Shown here in pieces: positions 29,670-39,790 of a DNA stretch of 64,000 nt; positions within the stretch are counted from its first letter, which is position 1; each line of letters begins with the position of its first letter. Source of the stretch: Candidatus Thorarchaeota archaeon (lineage in GTDB: Archaea > Asgardarchaeota > Thorarchaeia > Thorarchaeales > Thorarchaeaceae). The stretch lies in the NCBI GenBank assembly GCA_029855935.1, contig JAGSHN010000030.1, positions 1 to 64,000 of the forward strand. Direction: 5' to 3'. The position numbers and the translations under genes were made by a program. Below the pieces are notes generated by a model that had not been told where the DNA came from, ran no database searches, and saw only the letters and a list, made by a program, of their open reading frames with translations.

Positions 29670-30528
29670 TGTGACTCGCACCGAGGACTCGCGCAGCTCC
29701 TCTCACCCAGCCCCTGACGTAACGCAAGACAAACTCGTGCACGATCACTGCGGGCAGGACAAAGGCAATCATCAGGAACGGCAGGCCGACAGTCCAGAAG
29801 ACGCTTGTCAGTATCTGAAGAGGAGTCATATCCACCCCCATAAGAACAAATGGCCGATAGAAGTGGGTGAAGAACGCCGACACCGGGTAGCCAAGCAGGG
29901 AGTAGCCGCCGAGAAAGTTCGAGACCCAGCGTCCGACGCCCGTCATGTCGGGGCATCTCCTTGCCGCAAGCTCTTCAGGCCGGAGGTAATAGATCACTCC
30001 ACTGTCGCTCAACGCCCAGGTGGGGGCATAGAGAGCGATTGCTACGACCAATACGACAAGTGATGCCAAGATGGCGAACAAGGGCATAAAGAGGGGCCTG
30101 ATTGCCTGCGGAACGACGGGAGGCTCTCGAATGATGAAGTCAGGGATGACCGCCAGCAGCACTTGGGCAAACGTCAGGCTGAACAGTGCTGGTGCCACGG
30201 CTCTCTGGAGTATCTTCCTTGTCCCAAATGACTCCCCAACCTCGACAATGCCAAGCCTGTACGATGTCAGCTTGGCCATCCTGTTGCCGAGCGTGTAGAT
30301 GAAAGCGAGCGGGACAGTCAGGATGATGTAGATCAACAGCGTCACCGGAATGACCGCACCGACGACAGTGGTGATGTCCGACATCATGCCGCCTGGCACA
30401 AGCGGGACGATGTCGTAGGCCGGCGCTTCTTGGAAGATTGCGCGTCCCAAGAACTCGACCATCTCGAATGTCAGCCATATTCCGAGTGCAGATACTATGA
30501 TGGGAATCACAAGTCGTCTCAATTCCAT
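29641..30528 (-). CDS. Multi-pass membrane protein
   Basis: About 6 hydrophobic segments; GGAGG upstream. Confidence 0.75.
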   Translation of the reverse strand: MELRRLVIPIIVSALGIWLTFEMVEFLGRAIFQEAPAYDIVPLVPGGMMSDITTVVGAVIPVTLLIYIILTVPLAFIYTLGNRMAKLTSYRLGIVEVGESFGTRKILQRAVAPALFSLTFAQVLLAVIPDFIIREPPVVPQAIRPLFMPLFAILASLVVLVVAIALYAPTWALSDSGVIYYLRPEELAARRCPDMTGVGRWVSNFLGGYSLLGYPVSAFFTHFYRPFVLMGVDMTPLQILTSVFWTVGLPFLMIAFVLPAVIVHEFVLRYVRGWVRGAARVLGASHIRPEEVVAL

Positions 30529-30628
30529 CTCTACTCGGCCTCCTTCTCTCCGTTATGTATGCAAACGAACATTTAAAGAGGAGATGTGCATATCCTGCGC
30601 ACAACCGCTGTGAAGAGGAGCAAGGCGA

Positions 30629-31195
30629 ATGAGTACTGAGAAGACCCTGCTTGTTGGACTGCTCGTTGTCATAGTCATCACCGGTATTGCTATCGGTGTC
30701 AGTGTCCTGTCAATGCCGCAGGAGAACACTCAGAACAAGGGCGGTCAGGACAGTTCTCTCGCCCCTGACATCGACCTGATTGACCAGGAGCGGATGGTCC
30801 CGGACTGGGAGTTCGAGATGTCTGATGGTAGCAGCCTGGCCATAAGGGACTTGATAGGAAAATGGGTCATTGTTGACCTGATGAGCACCTCGTGTCCAGC
30901 GTGCGAGGCCGAGAATGACGAGCTAAAGGAGATCTATCGTGACCACAGTGACTCGATAGTCATCCTGAGCCTCTCCGTGGACAGCAGCTCCACGCCAGAT
31001 ATCATGGCTCAGTACAAGGAGTCGCGGGATATACCCTGGGACGTGGGCCTCGACGACAACGGGTTCTTCGTGCAGTACTTCCGCGTGCGGTATACTCCAA
31101 CGCTGGTGATCATCGACGATCAGGGGTACTTCAGGATGTATCACGAGGGACTGTGGACAGCGGATGACATTATGCAAGCAATGTCACTGATGTGA
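30629..31195 (+). CDS. Membrane-anchored TlpA/ResA-like thiol-disulfide reductase
   Basis: N-terminal TM, TSCPAC, YTPTLVIID. Confidence 0.85.
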   Translation: MSTEKTLLVGLLVVIVITGIAIGVSVLSMPQENTQNKGGQDSSLAPDIDLIDQERMVPDWEFEMSDGSSLAIRDLIGKWVIVDLMSTSCPACEAENDELKEIYRDHSDSIVILSLSVDSSSTPDIMAQYKESRDIPWDVGLDDNGFFVQYFRVRYTPTLVIIDDQGYFRMYHEGLWTADDIMQAMSLM

Positions 31196-31216
31196 ATCCA
31201 TTCGGAGATGTAGCCA

Positions 31217-31903
31217 GTGCAGCAGATTGTGGAGGTACTCCTTCAGGTCGGAGCGAGCTTCGCGGTGGGCTTTTACACTGCAGTCTCACCGTGCCTGTTT
31301 CCTCTCCTCCCGCTCATGCTACTTCGGAGCCTCCAGACTGAAGACTCCCATCGGCATAGTCTCCTCATCACGATGACTCTGGTGCTGGGCATCCTGAGCT
31401 CAATCGCAGTGTTTGCTGCAATCTCAGGACTCATCGGGATGTTCCTGGTCCAGAATCATAACCTCCTACAGGCGGGGCTGGGCGTCCTGCTTGTCTTCTT
31501 GGGAGTGGTCACGATGTCCGAGAGACTGCGAACTCTGCTCCGTCTCTCCACCCTTAGCCTGACACGGCAACCAGACCTTCCTACCAGCCTGCTGAACGTC
31601 TATCTGATCGGACTCGGCTACTCCCTTCTCGCAGCACCGTGTTCCGGCCCCGCCCTACTAGGAGTGTTCGTACTGTTCGGTTCCTCAAGCGAACCAGTCA
31701 TTCTGATTGTGATGTTTGTGGCGCTCGCTGTGGGAGTCACGATACCCTATCTGGCGATTGCCCTAGTCAGTGGAGAGGCCCGTCAGAGAATGACATCGTC
31801 ACTCGCAAGGTCTTCCCGACTGGTCGAGATCGTCGTTGGGACTCTGCTCATCATAGTCGGCGTAGTCCTGATGCTACCCTTCTTTGGGGTGGTCATCCTC
31901 TGA
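31217..31903 (+). CDS. ccdA: CcdA/DsbD-TM family protein
   Basis: SPCLFPLLP and APCSGP cysteine motifs, 6 TM, adjacent to TlpA. Confidence 0.85.
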   Translation: MQQIVEVLLQVGASFAVGFYTAVSPCLFPLLPLMLLRSLQTEDSHRHSLLITMTLVLGILSSIAVFAAISGLIGMFLVQNHNLLQAGLGVLLVFLGVVTMSERLRTLLRLSTLSLTRQPDLPTSLLNVYLIGLGYSLLAAPCSGPALLGVFVLFGSSSEPVILIVMFVALAVGVTIPYLAIALVSGEARQRMTSSLARSSRLVEIVVGTLLIIVGVVLMLPFFGVVIL

Positions 31904-32674
31904 GACCACCAGATCGCTCTTCGGACGCGCAAACAGGTCCTCAGCAGGGTCGCGCAGGATGCTTGTGGCAGTCCCCTCCGTTCTCTCGACTCGGAGCCCT
32001 CTGACCACCGCCACCGGGACACCCTCATCTGCCTGGCCCATCACGAGCTCGGCGGCCGCCGCTATCTCGTCGGCAACACAGATGAGCGACGACTTCAACA
32101 CCCGGCCGAAGAGGTCGGTCTTTCCGGCATTCCGGACAAACGGGTCGATGCCAGAGACCCCGATACACACATTGACAGCGCCCCTACGCCACGGCCGACC
32201 CTGGGTGTCCGTGATGATCACGCCCACCGACACTCCGCCCCACTCCTGAATGTGTGTCCTCAGACGCTCAGCAGAGGCGTCGGGGTCTCTTGGAAGAAGA
32301 ACGACGTAGCCCTCCGTAGCGTTGCTCAGGTCCACCCCTGACATGTCGGTGACAATGCCAGCACGAGTGCGAGTGATCAACACGGGTGCCTCAACAAGAA
32401 CCTCATCAGCCTCATCGAGGGCCACCTGTACGACGCGAGGGTCTCGGCCCGTCAGTGATGCGATTCTCTCGGCCGTACGCGACACTTCAACAGTCCTCAG
32501 ATCCACCACGCGGCCCTCGGATATGGACACCACCTTGTGCGTGACGACAACGATATCGCCATCTTGGAGTCGCAACCCCGCCCTCTGCATCTGGTTCACT
32601 ATTAGAGAGCCGAGGTCATCGCCCGGAGATACGGGGGGGATTCCAGTGACAGGCACGACCTCGTACTCGGACAT
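31874..32674 (-). CDS. cofE: Coenzyme F420-0:L-glutamate ligase
   Basis: GDIVVVTHKVVSISEG, GVDLSN, DTQGRPWRRG, ADEIAAAAELVMG. Confidence 0.92.
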   Translation of the reverse strand: MSEYEVVPVTGIPPVSPGDDLGSLIVNQMQRAGLRLQDGDIVVVTHKVVSISEGRVVDLRTVEVSRTAERIASLTGRDPRVVQVALDEADEVLVEAPVLITRTRAGIVTDMSGVDLSNATEGYVVLLPRDPDASAERLRTHIQEWGGVSVGVIITDTQGRPWRRGAVNVCIGVSGIDPFVRNAGKTDLFGRVLKSSLICVADEIAAAAELVMGQADEGVPVAVVRGLRVERTEGTATSILRDPAEDLFARPKSDLVVSEDDHPKEG

Positions 32675-32710
32675 CGCCTCCACCGGTCCCAGACAGGTGA
32701 CGTCGAGGTC

Positions 32711-33334
32711 TCAGTCCTTCTCGAGCTCGCTGTTCTTCTGCTCCTCTATGCTATTGCCCTCGCCAAGCCCGGCCTGAAGGGCGAGATCGCGAGGGACTGC
32801 GCGGTAGAGGACTGTTCCGCCGATGACGTTTATCGCAGACTGGAGCGCGTTCCACGGGAAGAGGATGACGCCAACGCTGAGGGCAACGTCGTATGGCAGA
32901 CCGTAGAACAACGGGAGCGCAACGTAGTTGAACAGGAGCATACCTGCTGCTCGAAACAGGCAGGCAAGGAAGAGGCTCACTATGAACCTCACCGTCTGAT
33001 GACCTGAGCGGGAGGAGACAATCTTTCCGCCGATGTAGAATCCGAGGACCGTGAGAGTCTCAGCAGCCACCTTGAACGTCGCCCCAATGGGGTTTCGGTA
33101 GCCGATGGCCACTCCCATCACGCACACCGTTATCAGAGAGTAGACCAGACCAAGGCCGATCGCAACGAAGATGATGGGGATGCCCGTCCAGTCGATGGTG
33201 AAGTAAGGGAACTGCGGTACAACCTTGAGGTCCGTCACTCCGACGATGGGGAACACCTCAAGCATTGCTGTCATTGCAGAGAAGACAGCAAGGAGGGCTA
33301 TGCTCCTCGAGTCGCGTCTGAGTCTCAGCTGCAT
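32711..33334 (-). CDS. ECF transporter S component
   Basis: IALLAVFSA, FTIDWTGIP, 5-6 TM, ILFPWNALQ. Confidence 0.7.
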   Translation of the reverse strand: MQLRLRRDSRSIALLAVFSAMTAMLEVFPIVGVTDLKVVPQFPYFTIDWTGIPIIFVAIGLGLVYSLITVCVMGVAIGYRNPIGATFKVAAETLTVLGFYIGGKIVSSRSGHQTVRFIVSLFLACLFRAAGMLLFNYVALPLFYGLPYDVALSVGVILFPWNALQSAINVIGGTVLYRAVPRDLALQAGLGEGNSIEEQKNSELEKD

Positions 33335-33528
33335 CTACTGTCACCCGCCCTTCGAGAGGCATTGCTCCTGAAAAGCATAGTCCTCAGGCGGTCGTCGTGG
33401 CCGAATGAAACGCAGTCGTTTAGGGAGGAGCGCGAGGAGAAGTTGAGCAGGTCATCAGTACCGCAGCGATCTCCCACACACGGGGCTGGAAACAATAGAG
33501 AGTGGTTTGAGATACGGGAAACCAATTT

Positions 33529-36500
33529 ATGATGACAAGGATGACCCGGACTCACAATTGCGGGGCGGACACGGTGGATATCAAGGGTCTGATGAAGAAG
33601 GTTGGAAAGGGCATCCTTGTTGCCGCCGCGAGCATGGTGGCCGGCGTTGCACTTGGTCCGATGGCAGGTGGCGCTGTCGGTAGTCTTGTCGCGAAGAAGA
33701 TGGCAGAACTCGGTGTCAGTATCGACGCTGACGCCATTGGCGACATGATTCAGAGAAGGATCAAGGATACGCCCGAGGGTATTGCAAGGCTCTTCGAGAG
33801 AAAGCAGATGGATGGACTTGCCAAGGAGATAGCGAGGGAACTCGGCATCAGGCAGGATGAGGCCTTTGCTGCACTCCAGTACGGCCTACGTGAGCTGCAG
33901 AACACGCTCTCCGGAATTGTTGAAGAGTTGAAGACCAATCAGTCCCTCCTGCTCGAGGTCCTCCACCTTGCACAAGAGTCAGACTCGAAGATTGGAGCAA
34001 TTATGGAGAACACATCACGGATTGAGGTCTCCATCAGTCAAGTAGATACGACCCTCAGATCCATCGAGCGCCAACTTGAACGCGTCTTCAAAGAGTTCTC
34101 AAAGAAGTATTCCACTGCAAGACTTGACTATGAACGGTTGCTGATAATCAGCCGCCTGCACCGACAGAATGCCATACTGGCCTCCCGCTACGGCATCTGC
34201 TACGACCCTGACCTCTATGTGCCCCGACTACGCGATGAGGAGACCTTTGAGGACTTCCTGAGCGATGTTGGTCTCACCGACAGAAACGTCTTCCTTGTGC
34301 TCGGTGACGTGGGCATGGGCAAGACGTGGTTCCTGTCGCGACTCTCCTCCATCACACTAGGTCGAGGCTATCCCTCCTTCTTTGTGACCCTCAGACAGGG
34401 GATCCGCAGCCTGACCGGGATACTGAACCGCAGTACCCTCCCCGAGTTTGTCAGTGAACTGGAGTCGGTCATCTCATCCAGTGACCAGCACGCATTCATC
34501 TTTCTTGACGGACTTGACGAGATGCCGGGTCGAGAGGCCCGGGTCATTCTTGGAAACATAGCGACCACAAGGTCCAACGCGGTGTCGTTCGTGCTGTCCT
34601 GCCGGATTGCGGACTGGACAGTTGATGATAGCATCGTACAGGCATCCCACGATTTGAGACACTCCATCTTTGAGAATCAAGAGGCGACTCACAGGGCAGC
34701 CAGTCTGGGAATCAGGACCCCGGTCTCCGTGCTGCTGACAGAGTTCACAGAACCGGAGACGAGGGCGGCAATCGAACGGTATGGCATCACGCATTCCATT
34801 CCACCAGACCTGCACTCACTCATCAGGAGGCCCTTCATCCTAAGACTGGTCGCCCAGTGGTCTGCAGCTCACGGCTCAGTCCCCTCGCCATCGTCACCCG
34901 AGTTCCTCGACCTGATGGCTGGTGACGACAACCCTGCAGACTCGATTCTCGGCAGGCTCGGTATCATCACCCAGCGTGAGACCCTTTTCGAGATCGTCAA
35001 GAGGTTCATTCTGGAGAGGCGTGATAGACTTCTGCTCTCACAGTTGCCAGTAGATCCGGAGTCGGACACCTTTCAGACCATTGTGTCCTCCGGGATATTG
35101 CAACTCAGTGTGGGCAGAGTGGGAACAAATGTGACAATCAACCAGAACTTCATCATCCCACTCATCGCCCTCACAATGGAACGATTCTCTATGATCAGCA
35201 ATGATTATGACGCACTGCGGGCCTCTCTAGAGGAGTGGCTTCCCGATGTCGCGGCCAGTGTTGAGAGGCTCCTCGGTCAACCCAAGAGCCCATTCGCTCC
35301 CATCCAGACACAGGGACGTTCGACACCTGTAGACCAAGCACAGTCCTCCACTGCGCTGCCAGACTCCACCGAGGTCGTCCCCCCAATCGGACGACTCTTG
35401 GCGGATGAAGACAAGGATGTCCGCAGCCACACAGTAGAGGGAGCGAGCAAGGCGGCCAGTCGCCTGCCGGACTCTACCGAGGTTGTCGGCCACGTTCAAT
35501 CGCGGAGACAATCAGAACCCACAGATGCTGCACAGCCTTCCATCATCCTATCGGACCCCAAAGAGATTGTCGACCTCCTCCGACCACTCCTCAGAGACGA
35601 TATGCATGTCCGCGGTGCCGCGGCGGTGGGGCTAGGCCTCGTGGCCACCGCTCTGGCGGGCTCCACAGAGATCATCGACCTGCTCCGACCACTCCTCAGG
35701 GACAAGGAACCGTATGTGCGCTATCACGCGGCCTGGGGTCTTGGTCTGGCGGCCACCACCCTGCCGAATCCCAATGAACGAGTTGACCTACTCCGACGAC
35801 TTTTCGAAGGGGTCAACCTCCATAGTGCCTCGGCGCTGGGTTTGAGTCTGGCAGCCACTTCTTTGCCGAATCCCTCGGAGCGAGTCGCAGTGATTCGTCC
35901 ACTCCTCACACACAAGAGCTCGGACAACCGCAGGGGCGCGGCGTTGGGCATGGGCATTGTGGCCACCACCCTGCCTGACCCCACAGAGGTCATCGACCTC
36001 CTTCGACCACTCCTCAGTGACGAGGACGTGGATGCCCCTGGGTACGCAGCCTTGGGCCTGAGTCTGGCGGCCACCACCCTACCGGACCCCACCAAGGTCA
36101 TCGATCTGCTCCGACCACTCCTTGACCACAAGGATGTAGATGTCCGGATACGTACTATGCGCGGCCTGAGTCTCGTGGCCACCACCCTGCCTGACCCGAA
36201 GGAGCGAGTCGGCCTGTTTCGGTCACTCTTCAGGGGGACGCACTACCAGCATAGCGCGCAGAGGGCATTGTGCCTTGGTTTGGTGGCCACTTCTTTGCCG
36301 GATTCCACATATATCGTCCATGATCTCCAAGAGACCATTGACAGACGGAAGGGACTTATGGAAATACGAGACACCCTTTTCGGCGGCATTCCATCTGACC
36401 GGATTGTCATGAATTATGCGGTGTGGGGTCTTGGTCTGGCGGCCACCACCCTGCCTGACCCGAAGAAGCGAGTTGAATTGCTCCGACCGCTCCTCAGGGA

Positions 36501-36891
36501 CAAGGACGTCCGCAAGAACGCGGCGTTTGGTATGGGCCTGGTGGCCACCACGCTGCCTGACCCGAAGGAGCGAGTCGAACTCCTCCGACCACTCCTCAGG
36601 GACAAGGACGAGGATGTCCGTGGGTACGCGGCCCTTGGCCTGGGCCTGGTGGCCACCACGCTGCCTGACCCGAGGGAGCGAGTCGAACTCCTCCGACCAC
36701 TCCTCAGGGATAAGGACTGGGCTGTCCGCAAGAACGCGGCGTTGGGCTTGGCGCTCACTTGCTACCCTGTTGGTCGGATTCCATTCGGATATTGGTCTGC
36801 GTTGCAAGACAACTTTTCGCACACTTCGGAGGTAATGCTCCCGATTGCGTTGGTGGTTCAATCATACGCAAACAAGAAGGACAGAAAATAG
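33529..36891 (+). CDS. STAND/NACHT-like NTPase with N-terminal Gly-rich hydrophobic region and C-terminal HEAT-like repeats
   Basis: Walker A GDVGMGKT, Walker B FIFLDGLDE, FVLSCR, RPFILRL; about 13 repeats; start may be GTG 33574. Confidence 0.8.
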   Translation: MMTRMTRTHNCGADTVDIKGLMKKVGKGILVAAASMVAGVALGPMAGGAVGSLVAKKMAELGVSIDADAIGDMIQRRIKDTPEGIARLFERKQMDGLAKEIARELGIRQDEAFAALQYGLRELQNTLSGIVEELKTNQSLLLEVLHLAQESDSKIGAIMENTSRIEVSISQVDTTLRSIERQLERVFKEFSKKYSTARLDYERLLIISRLHRQNAILASRYGICYDPDLYVPRLRDEETFEDFLSDVGLTDRNVFLVLGDVGMGKTWFLSRLSSITLGRGYPSFFVTLRQGIRSLTGILNRSTLPEFVSELESVISSSDQHAFIFLDGLDEMPGREARVILGNIATTRSNAVSFVLSCRIADWTVDDSIVQASHDLRHSIFENQEATHRAASLGIRTPVSVLLTEFTEPETRAAIERYGITHSIPPDLHSLIRRPFILRLVAQWSAAHGSVPSPSSPEFLDLMAGDDNPADSILGRLGIITQRETLFEIVKRFILERRDRLLLSQLPVDPESDTFQTIVSSGILQLSVGRVGTNVTINQNFIIPLIALTMERFSMISNDYDALRASLEEWLPDVAASVERLLGQPKSPFAPIQTQGRSTPVDQAQSSTALPDSTEVVPPIGRLLADEDKDVRSHTVEGASKAASRLPDSTEVVGHVQSRRQSEPTDAAQPSIILSDPKEIVDLLRPLLRDDMHVRGAAAVGLGLVATALAGSTEIIDLLRPLLRDKEPYVRYHAAWGLGLAATTLPNPNERVDLLRRLFEGVNLHSASALGLSLAATSLPNPSERVAVIRPLLTHKSSDNRRGAALGMGIVATTLPDPTEVIDLLRPLLSDEDVDAPGYAALGLSLAATTLPDPTKVIDLLRPLLDHKDVDVRIRTMRGLSLVATTLPDPKERVGLFRSLFRGTHYQHSAQRALCLGLVATSLPDSTYIVHDLQETIDRRKGLMEIRDTLFGGIPSDRIVMNYAVWGLGLAATTLPDPKKRVELLRPLLRDKDVRKNAAFGMGLVATTLPDPKERVELLRPLLRDKDEDVRGYAALGLGLVATTLPDPRERVELLRPLLRDKDWAVRKNAALGLALTCYPVGRIPFGYWSALQDNFSHTSEVMLPIALVVQSYANKKDRK
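35356..36762 (+). repeat. Intragenic tandem repeat, mostly 34-36 aa (108 nt) units
   Basis: Consensus LPDPxERVxLLRPLLxDKDxxVRxxAAxGLGLxATT; 36533-36609 and 36641-36717 differ at only 2 positions. Confidence 0.9.
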
Positions 36892-36999
36892 AGGCAACCG
36901 TGACCATTGATGGGACTACCGTCGGGCAATTGTTGTTCGTCTACTATCGCATTGTCATGACAATTCCGTGTCGCGAGTGCGCTACCAAGGTCCTCTGGT

Positions 37000-37380
37000 C
37001 CGAAGAGGTCCTGAGTTTCAACAGAAAAGGTGGTTCGGATTGGCGCGTCACCATCATCAACACTGAGATCACGATCCGTCGCAATGGGGATGCTTTCAGT
37101 AGCCCATCTCATCAATAGCTCTGCCGCGGGTGCAATCTCTTTGGCGATACGGGCCAACGATGAAAGCGTGGTTCGCGTGTAGAGGTCTCACTCTCCGGAC
37201 TCTCCTGCGATGAGATCAAGGCCATACAGGCTGATGCATTTACTCGATGCTTGCTCTCTACGGCCCTTCCTGAGTGTCCGCCACAATGGATTGGACGTGA
37301 AGACCGGGCCCATTGAGAATATCCTGACTAGTTGCTCCCGCACTCACGGGAGGATCTCTGAACAGGGTAACAACATATCG
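37000..37380 (-). pseudogene. cofE: Degraded second copy of cofE (C-terminal half)
   Basis: Manual translation RYVVTLFRDPPVSA..IVADTQEGP* / CISLYGLD..GE*DLYTR..SSLARIAKEIAPAAELLM..QDLF is colinear with CofE at 31874..32674; two stops and a frameshift. Confidence 0.8.
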
Positions 37381-37532
37381 GAGAGGGCGTCTTGCGCCTC
37401 AATTTCGTCTTGGCGGTCACCTGCCCTTTCAGAGACACCGCTCCCGAATGACCCCGTCCCCGGAGGTACTCCTAACCGAAAGCTTTTCACTGGAATCATA
37501 CGTGACTCTAGAAATCAACCGGGTGAGAAGAG

Positions 37533-39284
37533 ATGTTTCTGTCGCGCTCAGAGACCTATCCACTGGACGATATGATAGATGTTGCATCTGGGAGAACGAG
37601 AGCGGATCTCGTCCTGAAGAATGCCTCCGTGGTGAACGTGTTCACGGGCGAGATTGAGGAGGGCGACGTGGCGATCTTTCAGAACTACGTCGCTGGCATT
37701 GGCAAGTACGAGGGAGACAAGGTCATAGATCTCAAGGGACAGTACGTCGTTCCCTCGTTCATTGACGCGCATGTCCATGTCGAGTCATCGATGGTGATGC
37801 CCATTCAGTATGCACGCGCTGTCGTCCCCCACGGCACGGGCGCCGTCGTTGCAGACCCCCACGAGATAGCGAATGTTCTGGGTATCGAGGGCATCCTCTA
37901 TATGAGCAAGAGTATGCGGGGCGGCCCTCTTGAGTTCTACATCATGGTGCCGTCCTGTGTGCCCTCGACCGACCTTGAGACGAACGGAGTCTCGCTGGAC
38001 TTTCTTGACATCAAGCCGGTCCTGACGGAGCATTACGTCCTCGGCCTGGCCGAGGCGATGAACTATCCCGGCGTGATCTATCGCGACCCCGTCATTCTTG
38101 ACAAGATACGTCTGGCACTGGCGATGGAGAAGCGAGTCGATGGTCACGCGCCGGGAATTGCGGGAAACGACCTGAACGCCTACGTCGCGGCACGTATCAC
38201 ATCAGACCACGAGTGCACGACGCTCGAAGAGGCAAAGAGGAAGATGGCGAGGGGGATGCACATTCACATCCGCGAGGGCTCCACGGCGAAGAACCTGCGT
38301 GATCTGGCTCCCATCATCACTCCTGAGACGGCGATGTTCTGCAGCTTTGTGACCGACGACCGCAACACGCTTGACCTGCTGACCAAGGGACACATCGACA
38401 TTATGATCCGTGACGCAATCGAGTTGGGCGTCGACCCGGTGCTCGCGATCAAGGTGGCGACCATATCGCCTGCGGTACACTACGGCATCCAGTATGTGGG
38501 CGCCGTCGCGCCGGGCTACTATGCCGACCTCGCAGTCCTTGGTTCACTGGGGAAGGTCGATGTCAAGATGGTCTTCAAGCAGGGGATGCTGGTCGCAAAG
38601 GACGGCAAGATGGTCCGTGAGTTCGGGATGGCCGAGGAGCCCCGACTGAGAAGGTCCGTCAACATCCACTGGCTTGAGCCACACGACTTTGAGGTCAAGG
38701 CACGCGGCACTCACATCAACGTCATTGGGATGATCCCGCATCAGATTGTGACCGACTGGCTTGTCGAGGAGGCACGTGTCATCGACGGCCTCGTTGTCCC
38801 TGACACCGACCGGGACATAGCGAAGGTCGCAATCATCGAGAGACACAACGCCACTGCACCTCACGCCATCGGATTTGTCAAGGGAACCGGCATCAAGGAG
38901 GGCGCAATGGTCTCTTCAATCGCTCACGATAGTCACAACATCGTGGCCGTGGCGACAAACGACCACGACCTGATAGAGGCGGCAATACAGCTAGTGCGAA
39001 TGCAGGGCGGTATCGCTGTCGTCCGTGATGGCAAGGTCCTTGCCTCTCTCCCATTGCCAATAGCAGGCCTGATGTCGGACCGTCCCATCGAGGAGGTCAG
39101 CGAGAAGCTGCAGGAACTGAAGGAGGCAGCCCACGAGATCGGCAGCGAGCTGGACGAGCCGTTCATGTCAATGGCCTTTCTGTCACTGCCCGTCATTCCG
39201 CGCCTCAAGATCACCGACAAGGGACTCGTGGATGTGGACAACTTCCGTTTTGTGGACCTGTTTCAAGTGAAAGGAAGCGGGTAG
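37533..39284 (+). CDS. ade: Adenine deaminase
   Basis: IDAHVHVESS, DPHEIANV, DGHAP, SDHEC, REGS, AHDSHN, LPVIPRLKITDKGL. Confidence 0.95.
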   Translation: MFLSRSETYPLDDMIDVASGRTRADLVLKNASVVNVFTGEIEEGDVAIFQNYVAGIGKYEGDKVIDLKGQYVVPSFIDAHVHVESSMVMPIQYARAVVPHGTGAVVADPHEIANVLGIEGILYMSKSMRGGPLEFYIMVPSCVPSTDLETNGVSLDFLDIKPVLTEHYVLGLAEAMNYPGVIYRDPVILDKIRLALAMEKRVDGHAPGIAGNDLNAYVAARITSDHECTTLEEAKRKMARGMHIHIREGSTAKNLRDLAPIITPETAMFCSFVTDDRNTLDLLTKGHIDIMIRDAIELGVDPVLAIKVATISPAVHYGIQYVGAVAPGYYADLAVLGSLGKVDVKMVFKQGMLVAKDGKMVREFGMAEEPRLRRSVNIHWLEPHDFEVKARGTHINVIGMIPHQIVTDWLVEEARVIDGLVVPDTDRDIAKVAIIERHNATAPHAIGFVKGTGIKEGAMVSSIAHDSHNIVAVATNDHDLIEAAIQLVRMQGGIAVVRDGKVLASLPLPIAGLMSDRPIEEVSEKLQELKEAAHEIGSELDEPFMSMAFLSLPVIPRLKITDKGLVDVDNFRFVDLFQVKGSG

Positions 39285-39790
39285 TTAGCCTACGTGCTGG
39301 GAACTCATCCATACTTTCCTCTCGATCTGCGCTTTCCGGCAGACGGGGAACTGAATGAAGACGTATGACGAATCCTAGGAATGAAAGAGGGGGGAGAATA
39401 CATCCATTGTGCGATGACACAAAAGTACAGAATCGGGAAAAGCACTAGGCAGAAACGGAATTGCCAAGTTCTTAGATAGTGGAAAGACGCGTGCGTTCAC
39501 AGAAGGACATCCGTATGCTAGCCGTACGTAGAATGAAAAACTCGACGGGAATCATCCTTCTTCGAACGTATGGGTGCGTGGCAACTGACCGTGAAGCTAC
39601 GCCAGCTTTGACACCGCAGCCTGCCTTGGCGAGTGGTTTGGCCACGACCCTCCCAACGCTCTTGTGCTTCCGATCTGCGGAAACGGCCCCACTGGTGGAG
39701 TCGCCCAATCTGGTTTCTACGACAAAAAGGAAACAGTAATGAGAGAATCCTCGCTGAAGAGAGGAAGATGCAAGACGACCAGTTGAAGAA

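Noticed and set aside
35356-36762. DGR variable region or CRISPR-like array
   Set aside because: Repeats are in-frame protein repeats; no reverse transcriptase or template repeat seen
36759-37575. ORFs 36759..37118, 36858..37157 and 37210..37575 as real genes
   Set aside because: Explained as remnants or shadows of the cofE pseudogene
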